Under the pieces are notes generated by a model. The model saw only the letters and a list, made by a program, of their open reading frames with translations. It did not search any database and was not told the DNA's origin. The translations under genes and the position numbers were made by a program. From Eledone cirrhosa (lineage: Eukaryota), in the NCBI GenBank assembly GCA_964016885.1, contig OZ024742.1, forward strand, positions 353,338,001-353,402,000: a DNA stretch of 64,000 bases, in the 5' to 3' direction. Of this stretch, positions 1 to 14,077 are shown in pieces; the stretch's first letter is position 1; the number at the start of each line of letters is the position of its first letter.

Positions 1-130
1 CCTCAGTGTATACTGATTAATGTTCAGAGCCATCCTCAGCATTCTCGTGTAGCATCCATCCACCACATGAGTGAGTTTCTTAGTCAGTGTCCAAGTCTCA
101 GACCCATGCAACAACACAGACTCCACTACT
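1..130 (-). mobile_element. RTE-clade LINE remnant (RT C-terminal region), runs off the window
   Basis: Minus strand reads VVESVLLHGSETWTLTKKLTHVVDGCYTRMLRMALNI, matching the RTE 'SVLLYGSETW...DG.YTRMLR' motif. Confidence 0.7.
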
Positions 131-1564
131 AAATTTAGATAAATCAAATGAAATTAATCTAAATCAAAATTATTGGTGTCAGGCCACAAGACATGCGCCA
201 TATCACCCGCAAAATAAGCTCTAAAATTCTAACGAGTTGGTCCGAGCATTTTATAATAACTAGAAATTGATTATCATATAAATAAAAATGACTAATCACA
301 GGAGATACTTTTTACAAATGTGTAACCACACACATCTAGGTAGGTAACTAAATAAAGTTGACCAGAACTTCAAGTATAGATACCTTATAATATGATTAAT
401 CTTCCCTGTATATATTCCATTAAAGGAACATATTTCACCAATTAATCGGATGGTAAACCACGGAAGTGGATACTTGGATTTTCAACAAGGAAGAAGTTCC
501 AGCGATATGTGTTTACACTTCAAGTTCAAATCAGCGACTGGCCAGCAACACGTGCTATATCTACTAGAAATGCACACATAATACTAGCTTCGTGCCAGTG
601 ACGTGAATAGGGTTATCGACAACTAGAAACAGCAGTCGATAACCCTATTCGCGTCACTGACACGAAGCTAGTATTATGTGTGTATTTCTAGTAGATATAG
701 CACGTGTTGCTGGCCAGTAGCTAATTTTAACTTGAAGTGTAAACACAGATCGCTGGAACTTCTTCCTTGTTGACAATCCAATTATCCACTTCCGTGTTTT
801 ACCATCCGATTAATTGGTGAAATATGTTTCTTTAATGGAATATATACAGGGAAGATTAATCATATTATAAGGTATGTATTTATGAAGTTCTGGTCAAATT
901 TATTTAGTTACCTACCTAGCTATGCGTTGTTACACACTTGTAAAAATGATCTCCTGTTATTATTCCTGTTTATTTATATGTTAATCAATTTCTAGTTATT
1001 ATAAAATGCTCGGACCTACTCGTTAGAATCTTAGAGCTTATTTTGCGGACAATATGGCACATGTCTTTCTGGCATGAAACACATAATTTTGATTTAGATT
1101 AAATTCATTTGATTTATCTTAATTTTGGATATAGATACATAAATACGGCTCCTTAATTGTAGAGCTACCTCTGTTCAAAGGACTCGACTGCTGTTTCTAG
1201 TTGTTGATAATCCTATTCACCCCACTGGGACGAAGCTAGTATTATGTGTGTATTTCTAGTAGATATAGCACGTGCTGCTGGCCAGTCGCTGATTTTAACT
1301 TGAAGTGTAAACACGGATCGCTGGAGGTTCTTCATTGTTGAGAATCCACGTATCCACGTCCGTAGTTTAGCATCCGATTAATTGGTGAAATATGTTTCTT
1401 TAATGGAATATATACAGGGAAGATTAATCATATTATAAGGTATCTATTTTTGAAGTTCTGGTCAACTTTATTTAGTTACCTACCTAGCTATGTGTGGTTA
1501 CACACTTGTAAAAATTATCTCCTGTTATTATTCATGTTTATTTATATGTTAATCAATTTCTAGT

Positions 1565-1570
<6 letters not shown>
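131..1570. repeat. Palindromic plus tandem non-coding repeat, ~568-bp unit (inverted arm 131-621, arm ~636-1570)
   Basis: 131-621 is the reverse complement of ~636-1125 around gggttatcgac..gtcgataaccc; 1185-1570 repeats directly at offset ~568; ends in (TA)n. Confidence 0.85.
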
Positions 1571-1609
<39 letters not shown>

Positions 1610-1920
1610 TTTTTATTTGGATACGTTTTGATGTTTATTTGACCAGATTAATATGTATTTGGTGTGTCTGTATGTTAATAAATGTCTTAATCATTTTGTT
1701 AATAATATTTTGTGTATTTAAATCTAATTAGTCATTCATTTAGACTGTTTCTTTATTGTTTTAAAATATATATTTCCTATATAAATTGCAATCTAATAAT
1801 GTATATTGATACTTACGTGTTTCAGTAAATGTTATTAAATACATTCATATTTAGAGGGACAAGTTGCTGAAATATCCATCTAGATAATATTAAATAGTAT
1901 TATTAAATCATTTAATTAGG

Positions 1921-2108
1921 GAGGTGGATTGGCCGTATCGGTAGAGGGTCGGACACCATGCTTTCCAGCATAGTTACGTCCATTTACGATCTGAGTTCAA
2001 ATCCCGCCGAGGTTGACTTTGCCTTCCATCCTTACGGGGTCGATAAAATAAAGTACCAGTAATGCACTGGGTATTGCTGGCCTTGTGCCTAAAGTAGAAA
2101 CCATTATT
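1921..2108 (+). mobile_element. tRNA-derived SINE family 1
   Basis: B-box-like GAGTTCAAATCCC, conserved GCCTTTCATCCTTACGGGGTCGATAAAATAAAGTACC core, AT-rich tail; many copies in the window. Confidence 0.8.
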
Positions 2109-2141
2109 AAATCATTTAATTGGATGTCAGTTACAAGATAA

Positions 2142-2252
2142 AGGCGCGTGTCTGAGTGGTAAGATATTTGCATTCACAATCGTGAGGTTGTAAGTTCGAT
2201 TCCTGGACAGGCCGATGCGTTATGTCCTTGAGCAAGACACTTTATTTCACTT
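2142..2252 (+). mobile_element. tRNA-derived SINE family 2 (CORE-like), 3'-truncated
   Basis: A box (TGTCTGAGTGG), B box (GTTCGATTCC), then TCCTTGAGCAAGACACTTTATTTCAC. Confidence 0.7.
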
Positions 2253-2444
2253 TTCTTCTTCTACCTGAAGTAGCGACCGCTAGATAGTACTAGCAATGGG
2301 AAAGACCAACGTAAACATTGTTTCCTCGGTCCGATTTGACGAAAGTCGATCGACTATATATATATAATTGCAAATTTCATATTTTCACTTCTCTTACGAC
2401 TATTCTTGATTTAAGTTTCGTATCAAAACATTTAAAATGTTAAT

Positions 2445-2555
2445 AATTGTTTCTACCGTTGGCACAAGGTCAGCAATTACCCAGTACATTACTGGTACTT
2501 TATTTTATCGACCCCGTAAGGATGAAAGGAAAATTCAACCTCGACGTGATTTGAT
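2445..2555 (-). mobile_element. SINE family 1, 5'-truncated
   Basis: Reverse complement of the family 1 core and tail. Confidence 0.7.
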
Positions 2556-2840
2556 TATTAACATTTAAAATGTTAATAATATCGTGTAGTTCGGGATACA
2601 GTTTGAATGGAACTAATGGGGTGAGTTTGAAGTGATTTAGTCTCATGTTAGAGGAGTATCATTTTAAATTAGATTAATTAGTAATTCCGGGGTTATTTTT
2701 TTCTATGGGAGATATTATGACGCAATTGGGTGGTCGTCGCTGTATGAAATTACTATAACTATAATGTAAGCAGCAAAGAAAATAATTTCATTCAGAAATG
2801 TTGACTAGCAAAGCCACTGAACTGTAAAAGTGATGCCATT

Positions 2841-2880
<40 letters not shown>

Positions 2881-2939
2881 GAGAGAGAAATAGAAAGAAG
2901 GAGAGAGCGAGAGAGAGAGATGGTGATATATTGATAGAT

Positions 2940-2988
<49 letters not shown>

Positions 2989-4302
2989 ATTAGTCTAGGT
3001 AGTTTTAATCGAATCTGACTACAAGAAACTGTAAAGATGCAATACGTTGAAATGCATCACATGTATATTGTAAATGAAAAATAATATAAAAGATACACCG
3101 TGGCCATCCCAATTATAAATAACAATTGGATTTGATATATCTAAAACAGTTCTATTGACTGGGTTAAACAGAAATGCACATTTATATATAACGCTGTTTC
3201 GAAGACAACTTTCTCAGCCATGTATTCTGATACAGGTCGAAAACTATTAAGATTAAAAGAAAAAAAAACATTACAGTGCTATAACATAATTAAACGCATG
3301 ACATTGATAAATAAGATATGAATATATGTATGAATAAAGAAATCAATATAAATAGTGTGTATACATGAAAACAATAATGTACACTGTGCAAGCTAATTAC
3401 CTGATGAATGAAGAATCGATATAACGAAAAACGGAAATAATTTCAAATCCAAATGATAAACGATTTTTTAACATTTCACAAAAGATGAACTAGAGAGAGA
3501 AAACTATCCGTGATACTTACAATAGAATACTAAGTATAGAGGATGAAATGTAGATAAAAGCAAATAATAGCCTCAAAGATGCGCCTTTGGGTGAAATATG
3601 ACCATACGTTTCGCTGCAGAAGTACAATAAGCAGTTAGAATTAAATATAAGTTTAAATTTCTGAAAGAAAAATTATTTTGATCAAGGCAAGTGTATTCTA
3701 TTAAGGACATGAGAGAAGTTGTTGCACTTCTTATGGCAGACATTTCATCGACATGTAATATATCACACATCATATTGACATAGCGGTTTTGTCCACCGTG
3801 TTACATACCACAAGTAGAAGGGGAAAGCTATACCACTTGAAATTAACATCTAGTGACATGGTCATTGCCAAATTCCTGTAAGAACTCTCTCCATTTAACT
3901 CTGCACGCCTCACTCTCTCTCAATCTCGATTTGAAAAACGACCTAGAGATCATGGTTAATCATTTATATATAAAGGCAAGGACATGAGAATATAGAGATA
4001 TTGATCAAATCTAATCAGGAAACACAAATAATGATACAAATCACTACCCATCAACGAGCATGCTTTTCTAATCGTATTAGGAGAATTCTTATACAATTAC
4101 CTTTTTATCAAATCTCTCCGACGTTAAGTTTTCAGGTTCATAAAATATTTCATATCAACAAAGATCTCAAAATTGTTTATCACTCATCCGATGTATTAAA
4201 TTTGACACAGTTTTTTTTGCAATGTTGAAAGGTTGAACTTCAAAGGGTTCTCTTGTAAGTTCTTCAATGTACAACTACCTCTCACACATTATTAATATTT
4301 GT

Positions 4303-4497
4303 TAGGCCGGTGGATTGGCAGAATCGGTAGAGGGTCGGACGCCATGCTTTGAAGCATAGAGTTGCGTCCCTTTATGATCTGAGTTCAAATCTCGCCGTGG
4401 TTAACTTTGCCTTTCATTCTTACGGGGTCGATAAAATAAAGTACCAGTAATGTACGGGGTATTGCTGGCCTTGTGCCTAATATAGAAACAATTATTA
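4303..4497 (+). mobile_element. SINE family 1
   Basis: Full head, core and tail as at 1921. Confidence 0.8.
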
Positions 4498-4784
4498 ATA
4501 TTTGTTATTTAGGTAGAGATGACATGCTGCAGGAAGGGCAAATAAACAGGATTAGGTGGTCTACCTTACGAATTTACAGAGACATGCCAGGCATTTACGG
4601 TGAATATGTATGTATATTATAAAATCCCTTTTTTAAAAGAATAAAGTCTTTCTCCTTTTTTCATTAATCAATTTGTGTGATTTAAAGAAGAAAACAAGAA
4701 AACAAGATTTTTTAAATATACATCCGAGCTGTCCGTATTTTCCTTTTCTCGCTCCAAATCTCTAAATCTCTAAATCTATCTCTG

Positions 4785-4875
4785 TATGTATATATATAAG
4801 TATATATATATATATATATATAAACACACGTCCACTCACACACGTACGCATACACACACACACACACACACACAA

Positions 4876-4952
<77 letters not shown>

Positions 4953-5103
4953 TATGTGCGTATTTGTGTCTGTGTGTGCGTATGTGCGTGCGTTTGTATA
5001 TATATACAAAGAGATAGGGAGAGAGCGTGGCGGATAATTACACACACAGGCATATTAAATATATATATACATATATAGAGAGAAAGTGAGTGAGTGAGAG
5101 AGA

Positions 5104-5186
<83 letters not shown>
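4785..5186. repeat. Compound microsatellite (TA)n/(CA)n/(GA)n
   Basis: Direct reading; source of spurious YIYI/HTHT ORFs. Confidence 0.9.
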
Positions 5187-5190
<4 letters not shown>

Positions 5191-5614
5191 AATATGAGTA
5201 TTTGTGGTGAGTTTGGGTGTGTTTTATGTGTGTTTATTGTTTACATGTGTGTTTGTGTGTTTGTCTTTGTGTTTGTATAGTTTTGTTAGCATCTATCAGG
5301 ATGTATTCTTTCAAATACTATTTCATTAATATAATACAGTCTTAATTAAAGCACGTAATGAAGTATAATTGATAAAGAGTGTCAGCCTCACAGTTGCATT
5401 TATTCATAGTCTAGACGCATAATTAAGAAGAAATTGTTAGAACCCGGGTAAAACGTTGTAATTTGTACGGAGATGTTTATCTGATGTATTCAATTATCAT
5501 TCACTTATCGTTAACATACTTATTAAATATATTGCTATCCCATCGGTTGGGAATTTTGATGTTGCTCAGAAAAGAGTGTATATATATTTCTGGTTCCTTA
5601 CCACACCTCCTTCG

Positions 5615-5650
<36 letters not shown>

Positions 5651-5753
5651 GTGTGTGTGTGTGTATGTGTGCGTGTGTGTATGTGTATATAAATATATAT
5701 ATATACATAAATATATGTATATTTATATAAATATATATACATACATATATATA

Positions 5754-5837
<84 letters not shown>

Positions 5838-6644
5838 CGGTGATGTTTGTCGTGTCTCCATATCGGTGTGTGTAGATTTGTTGAAGCGCAAGCATATATA
5901 GACGCCATTGTAGATTGGTTACATAAAAATCTGAAAAGAAACCTGAGCCGCTTTCTTGATAGACGTATGAGAAGAGTGGATAAAAGAATGAATGACTTCA
6001 AAAGATAAAAAGGTATCCCGTCCGGACACAAAGTATATATAAACTCCTTCTCTGTAATAGTAGCCTTATACAATATAATTGTGGCAATAATGTGAATATT
6101 CTCATGAATGTAATATAATATAATTTGTACTTCCTCTCCTTGCCGCCAGTATCATTAAAGAAGCCAACTGTATGTTGTATTATGTAAATAGTCAATGACA
6201 ATATAGGTTTTCTTTTTTTATTTTCTGCATTTCTTATTCCTAGTCTACTGGTTGAGCCAGACGTATGGTTTTATGATTCAAAGCAAACTATCCGCCCGAA
6301 GAGAACAACAACAGCAACAAAAATAATAAAAGAAATAGTCTCCATATATTTGTAAATGGCATGTTTACCTTCAGAGTAATCTACATGAGATTGGTGTACA
6401 AAATTATAATAGAGGAGAACATATATACTTATCGTTTTTTACTACTGATGTATTTTTATCTTACGTTTCCCTTATATTTTCTTTAGTCCACTTTTATGTC
6501 GTTTTGTTAATACTCTATTTTACGCCAGTCCTCTACCTTATACTTTCTTTGAAATGTTCCAAGAAACAGTGCAACTTCTGCCAAATAAAGCACACTTTCT
6601 TTCTTATTCTTATTATTTTCTTGTTTGAATTAATTTAATTTAGT

Positions 6645-6900
6645 ATTGGTGACGGAGGTAGAGTGTTTCGAAAAACCGATAACATCAGCTGAAGTCAGGG
6701 TAGCGATGACTTGCTTGCATGAAGGGCAAATATACAGGATTAGATGGTCTACCTTACGAACTTTACACAGATATGCCAGACATTTTCAGTGAAATCGTGG
6801 CAGGTGTCTACGCAATTGAGAGCAGAACGAAAAAATTCGTTATCGTGTGAGCCTAATGAGAGGAACTGCTGAGAAATCACCCGATCAAGGGAAAAGGTAT
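6645..6900 (+). mobile_element. Degraded Tx1/L1-type RT fragment (smaller piece also at ~4515-4605)
   Basis: Reads CMKGKYTGLDGLPYELYTDMPDIFSEIVAGVY, like KSPGLDGLPYELYVNMPDLF in the element at 30-32 kb. Confidence 0.65.
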
Positions 6901-7494
6901 TTGTTATTTTAGTCCCAAATCTCTGCTAAACGCACACTTAAAATCGCCTAGGTGATAGTGACGAGGTTGGTGATTGTCATAGGTGACCATGTAGACGAGG
7001 TGCAGATAAGCACCATTCCGAAATGATCCATCCCCAATAACCTCTCTTTTGCGATACATCATGGTGAAATTAGTTGAGGAACCTAACAATGATGGAGCAT
7101 TTATCAACTTAGATCAATGAAAAGCTTTTTGTTTTTTTCTGGTTTCTTTTCTGTATTGTTTTTGCTACGTTTTTTCTTCTACAAATTTCTTCTTCTACTC
7201 ATCAATATATTTTCCGATGAATGATCAACGTCGGAAACTATGGCTCTTTACATTATGTATTCATTGTTAATCTATTATATAACATCATTGTAATGTGTTG
7301 TTTTCCAGTGTTGCATATTCTTTGGTGGAAATGGGTTACATTGCCTCTGTTTTTTTGTAAACCCATTTGATTCATGCGCTGAATAACCTACGTGAAATTA
7401 ATCAACTGTGAGTAAAATCTGAAGACAAAGTCTTTTTAGGTTAGTTTAAATCTAAAAAAAAAAGGAAGCTCATCTTGGAATATGATACGGACTG

Positions 7495-7592
7495 TGTTCA
7501 AATCCCGCCGAGGATAACTTTGCCTTTCATCCTTACGGGGTCGATAATCACTTGGTAATTGCTGGCCTTGTGCCATAAGTAGAAACAATTAT
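7495..7592 (+). mobile_element. SINE family 1, partial
   Basis: GTTCAAATCCCGCCGAGG...TCATCCTTACGGGGTCGAT core. Confidence 0.7.
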
Positions 7593-8813
7593 TAGTTCTT
7601 AAACTTATTCACCTTTCTATTCAAAATCAATAATTTGGGGCAAGTGGAATGTTGATTAGATTGACCCCAGTGCATTACCAGCACTTTATTTTATCGACAC
7701 CTTAATTTAGTCTGGTGGGTTAATTTGCTGAGCGTTCGATTACATATTTACGATATGCAATGTTTGTAGTAATATAATTGATTCATTATGATCTTTGGAA
7801 ACTTACCTCTATGAAATAGATAGTTTGAGGGTACCCAGGTATTTAGACATTTGTTGGAATAGTTTTCTGATATTTGGCATATGCTCATTTCAAATAATAT
7901 TTTAATTTTAGTTTGCTAGTTGTGTCATGTTTAGGGACAACTTGGTAACTAAATTATAGATACGTATGTTAGAACAGTTTCTTGTATCAAATTAGGAGTG
8001 TTTTTCATAAATATCCTTATTTAGTTGTATGTTATATTTGAACATATAGATACCTACGTGTTCCTGCGAATTCCAGTTATCCACATATCCTGGCTTACTT
8101 AAATGTGTGTTTCTACAATATATAATATATTAATATTTATATATTCAACTGACATTTTAAATCTGTAATTTGGAACTAAAATCCTAAAGAGAATCCATTT
8201 AGAAATGTCGTGATGTTATCTAGTAGAAAATATACATATTTAATTTATGACGATGAGAAAGACGATCTCCCATATTTATCACTAGTAAAGATTATAAAGT
8301 ATTTATTCAAAGATTCATTTTCACGAGAGGTTATTCGAAGTGAAATATACTTGCATGTGTGTTAACAAATACTAAATGACAGACGCATGGATTTGTCCAT
8401 ATTCCTATACGCTGCATGCAATATATTGTAGCTATAAAGCTATAGCATTGTTAGGTTCATGGTGAGGATGATGAATCAAGCAAAAGCCGGAAGAATATTT
8501 AGGAAGAAATATTTGAACAGGCTATCGAGTCTCCCTTCATTATACTTATATAACTAAAGCAATATTTTGTCTTGATAATTAATGTTTGCATACTTGTTGT
8601 TGCTAATCTATCCGTAATCTTTTATTGATAGATATCTTCGAATCGTATGTACACCATATTTTCTCATGTTATCGCATCCGGACTAGAGACATTATAAATA
8701 TTCACGATATCACGCTGAATATCCATAGATAATATCGTGTGACCAATTGCAATAATATGGGTATCACTATGACAATACTTGAAATACATTCATAATCAGG
8801 GATTATATAAGTA

Positions 8814-8863
<50 letters not shown>

Positions 8864-10443
8864 TATATTATGTTATTACATATATTAATTCTTACATCTA
8901 GCCATATATACACGTCTGTGTGTATGATGGAACCAAGTAAAACTACAAGACAAAACATAGTTGTTCTTTTATATATCGAATTATCATCAACATTTAAGAT
9001 ATTTATGTACAATTTAAAACGTAATTATCTTAATCAACTTCTTCAAATCTATATGATGTCTGGCAGATTACCATTACACAACCCACGTTGCCCCTTACAC
9101 ACCAAACCCACCTTTCACACCCACAATACCAATCAAACACTAACGGGTTTCACCCACTACTCTGTCGTTCCTGGTCCTTTTTACATTTTCTTCACCCTCG
9201 ACATAATCACTCTCTACACCAAAATTATTCACGATCTCGTTCCCCGTGCTCACCGATATTTCTTTATTTACCGTAGTTCTTCCACGATTTTTGCTTTGAT
9301 GGGCTTGTTCTCACGCCCCAATATTTTAATTTTTAAGGAGGTATTTAGCAGCAGGTTTGGTGGGTAGACGTGGGAATGAGGTGCTCGAATCCTTCGAAAT
9401 ATTTATTGGTTAATTCAGGAACAGATGTAACAATACTCAGGCCTCAATTTACACCAAGGATCCCTATCCACTCACACCAGTACCGAGAACAACATCATAT
9501 TCAGAATAGCTTATGTCACATCTCTTTATCCTTGCCTTGACACTCTCGCATAAACGAACGACTCCAGCCTCCACACACTCACATGCTGTGCAACCATGTA
9601 TAACACCCAACAAACATGTATATCTCTGCATATATATAAGTCCCAAATTCCTACTCACACTCATGTGTATACGGCCTCCCAAATGTATTAGTCCCACCAC
9701 GCATATACATACTTTCGGTTACATCATATATGCATATATTTGGATCCACGTTCAGTATAACATCACCTGCACCATTGCTTTCACCTACACTTCCCCTACA
9801 CATTTAGATACATGGAATTGTATGCGTAGGCGTATAGGCGCACCCATAAACATGCCATCAGGCATCACACATAACCGACTTACAGCACTTTATGGCTCTA
9901 GCTTGAGGGTTTATGTGTAGTTCTATCACCTGCACGATAGTTGTGACTTCGACTGTGTTGAATGTGTTCTAGTTTTTACAAGATTTTTCGAATCCAACCA
10001 ATTTTCAATGTTGGTTTACACAAGATTTCGCATATATAGGTATACCTCCGTGCATTGATAGGTTCAGGTAAGCATAAACTCACATCACTACATTATTGCA
10101 GCTGACAACTTGGTTACCTTTCTAATGCACATCCATCAACAGCGTTGCACAGACAACTGAGCAAATTGACGCAACCAAATACTCACACATACACACACAC
10201 GCAAATACACATGACCACTCAAATATATGATTTTAATCTTTTTAAATATCTTGATAAGCAATTACCCCAACTGGCTGACTGAGCAGATGTGTGAATTGAA
10301 TTCTTACTTTTTATCTTTCTATCTCATCGTTTGTATCCCATCCTCTAGCGCAGGACTTGTGACCAAGACCTATATAGTCATTTCCTAATACATTCAAAAT
10401 CATTATTACTGTGTTAATTGCTTTGTTGTCTCTGTTTACTTGA

Positions 10444-10487
<44 letters not shown>

Positions 10488-10810
10488 TAGGATACGTTCC
10501 GAAATCAGTAGACCTGTCCGAGGTACCTGCGAGTCTAGAGTCAGGTCGATCCAGATACAGGTCGCACCTCGAGCTGTTCGCCGGGGAAACAATTGTAACA
10601 CACAATAAATTGAGTTCCGATGCATCACTGATCTTTCGTTTTCCATTCTAAATATATATATATAATTACAATTTTATTTGTCGCCTTAACAAACCTGATT
10701 CATGCATGTAAGTATGCACACGTGGGCATATATATATGTATATATATATATATATATATATGTATATGTATATATATACATGCATATATATATATACATA
10801 TATATATATG

Positions 10811-10907
<97 letters not shown>

Positions 10908-11064
10908 CAAGAAGAGTGACACGATTTGCTATACAAAAAAGGTTTTTAATCTCATTGCCGACAATTGTTTCTCTGAACTGGTAGGTCTAGAGATCGCTAC
11001 ACGCTTGTTTTCACGTCATTCGATCACCAATACATAGTTGTAACCAGTCAAATCATCAGATCCT

Positions 11065-11652
11065 ATGCGCAACACAGAAGCAAATTATAAACATAAACAC
11101 ATCACAGTATCACAACCGCAAACTCATACAAGCACGCAGCAGCATCCCCCCAACGGGCATAAATCACAACCCACTTATAGCAGTGTACAAAACAGCAGTG
11201 TGGAAGCTGCGCGAAATAAAACCTCAAACTGTAAGAGTCACCTACCGGATAGGTGCCCATTGGCGAATAGATTCCTTGATTCGAGCCTAGTGTACATGTG
11301 TACGGTCAACTCAGACAATCCCACTTGGAATTACATTGGATCCACCGCGGGTACTTTTAAAAAAAGATGGTATGTGCACAGACACTCGATGAAAAACCGT
11401 GCACTTATGGGTTCTACAATCCTCGTCAAACAAATCTGGGAACTTCAGGACAATAACACCAACTACAATATCAACTGGTCGAGGTTGTCGGCCGCAAGGA
11501 CTTAGAGTACCCGTATGTCCCACTGTAGGCTCTGTGATCTAGAATTACTATGTATCCTTAGGAATGTAAAAAGGCAACTCAACAAGTTAGAAAGATCAAT
11601 CTTCTGCAGACACAGGATCGCCACTAAATTCACAAGAATCAAACCGTCATAA
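11065..11652 (+). pseudogene. Penelope GIY-YIG endonuclease remnant
   Basis: CPL..(L)VY.CTV...NYIGSTAGTFKKRWYVH..S...ST.L...IWEL; after an in-frame stop continues ..CRLCDLE...LN.....CRH. Confidence 0.75.
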
Positions 11653-11921
11653 CTTAGCTTACAACTTAGGATATCCACAATACTGCAGGGACCACCAGAG
11701 AAATATAATCATTAAGTACATTCTAGCCTTTTTAATTCTATGCCACAGTAATGCCTGTCAGTACCTTATCAACCCATAAATATGTCCCTTCTCAGCTGCT
11801 GTCAACACAACTTCCTCACCCTTGACTCTCAACAAATGAACCTAAATCCAAGAACATTTCAAAGAACTACTACAGTAGAACATTACATTCCTCCTGTTAT
11901 AATTGTAGTCAGCCTGTTTTC

Positions 11922-11959
<38 letters not shown>

Positions 11960-12463
11960 CCTCCTTAACCTCTGTATTAACTTGCCTTTTATATTGCTAC
12001 TCTGTTAATGTTATCTTATATATGTATGTTATTGATGATGTGAAAGCTAAACAACCCCATGATTCGAACTAACAGTCCCTTCATCTAATGTAGACCACAT
12101 AAATATTGGACCCAAATATTACTATCCTCACTACAGTGATACATTTTTCATCTGTCAGATAATAAATGATTTTTACGGTCACCAGACCTACAGTAAAGGA
12201 AATGGTTCATTGTTTAAAGCCACCGGCTTATCTCTACAGTATATATAATACACCCCATGGCAGCTTTTAAATGTCAATTTTATACATCTGCCTCATGTCA
12301 GCTAGTTTTACACGCTAAAGTAGTAGATATACTACGTTTCTTACCGAGATTGATGTTGTGATTATTTCAAATAATTTATTGCTAGCATTGTTAGTATTGT
12401 TGTTATTGTTCTGATTGAATGCCATTACTACTATATATAGCCATGCCTGTATATTCCTTTCAT

Positions 12464-12584
12464 TCTCACAAGCTCCGATGAATTGACTGGTTACAACTAT
12501 GTATTGGTGATCGAATGACGTGAAAACAAGGGGTTAGCGATCTCTAGACCTACCAGTTCAGAGAAACAATTGTCAGCGATGAGA
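12464..12584 (+). ncRNA. Type I hammerhead-like motif in Penelope pLTR (long helix II)
   Basis: tctca..gct | CCGATGA (CTGATGA in the inverted copy) | actggt...accagt | GAAA CAATTG TC | agc..tgaga; helix III ACAATTGT is palindromic, GUC triplet. Confidence 0.6.
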
Positions 12585-12801
12585 TTAAAAAACTTGTTTG
12601 TATAGCAAACCGTGTCACACTTCTTTCCTGATTTATCATTGCTCCAAGTGTTAACAACATAGAAATTACCGCGTACTCGCAGCATCACTATGGCTATGCC
12701 TTGTTGAGTCAAACCTAGCCAAGCGTTGATATCATCCACTACTCGGAGTACCCTAACTGGACTACACTTAAGTGGACAACCTATAACACTAATCTGTTAC
12801 C

Positions 12802-13016
<215 letters not shown>

Positions 13017-13024
13017 TATACAAG

Positions 13025-13072
<48 letters not shown>

Positions 13073-13131
13073 AGAAGGTAGTACAGCATAATCGAAGCTC
13101 TGGTTGCGGGCAAGCTAATGAATGCTGATAT

Positions 13132-13270
13132 AGTTATGTAATAAACAACAAAGGGCGATTATTTCATGTACCAAAGTTTTCACAAAGAATGACGAGATCG
13201 ATACTGACGTCTGTTTTCGTGAAACTTTTGGTATATGGAATAATTGTCTCATGTTGTTTATTACATAATC
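13132..13270. repeat. Imperfect hairpin of ~65-bp arms
   Basis: ttatgtaataaacaaca...accaaagttttcac vs gtgaaacttttggt...tgttgtttattacataa. Confidence 0.7.
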
Positions 13271-13377
13271 AATTAGCTATGTAGCTTATATATAGCACTC
13301 TCCTTTCCCCTACTTTCCTACGCAAACACTTCTGTATAAATATAAAAAATGTAATTTGAGTATTTCGAATATTAATG

Positions 13378-13758
13378 ATTGTTTCTACATTTGGCACAAG
13401 GCCAGCAATTATCCAGTACATTACTGGTACTTTATGTTATCGACCCCCGTAAGGATGAAAGGCAAAGTTTACCTCGGCGGGATTTGAACTCAGACCGGAA
13501 AGGGACGCAACTATGGCAGAAATTATGGCGTCCAAACCTCTACCGATACGGCCAATATATTAATAATAGTTTTCTGCTTCCACTTTTGGCACAAGGCCAT
13601 CAATAACCCAGTACATTACTGGTACTTTATTTTATCGACCCCGTAAGGATGAAAGGCAAAGTTAACCTCGGCGGGATTTGAACTCAGATCATAACGGGAC
13701 GTAACTCTATGCTTCAAAGCATGGTTCCCGACCCTCTACCGATACTGCCAATCCACAT
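13378..13758 (-). mobile_element. Two tandem SINE family 1 copies
   Basis: Two reverse-complement cores separated by an AAT spacer. Confidence 0.8.
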
Positions 13759-13790
13759 AACATTCGATTGCTTTGCAATTTTACTGTTAA

Positions 13791-14077
<287 letters not shown>

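Larger units (their letters stand above)
10905..12800 (+). mobile_element. 5'-truncated Penelope-like element with inverted terminal copy (10905-11059 is the reverse complement of ~12475-12632)
   Basis: GIY-YIG ORF remnant plus inverted pLTR segment; flanked by (TA)n. Confidence 0.75.

Noticed and set aside
608-650. Minimal hammerhead TCGACAA-cta-GAAACAGCAGTC
   Set aside because: Core deviates at several positions, and the GAAAC..GTC part is not conserved in related repeats at 37 and 62 kb
1921-2252. tRNA genes suggested by A/B boxes
   Set aside because: No complete cloverleaf; boxes run into SINE cores present in many copies
3573-6201. Short minus-strand ORFs as host exons
   Set aside because: No recognisable domain and no consistent spliced frame
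7210-7250. CCGATGA...GAAAC hammerhead-like text (similar weak hits near 3190, 9375 and 52135)
   Set aside because: Helices I and III could not be formed; too decayed to call
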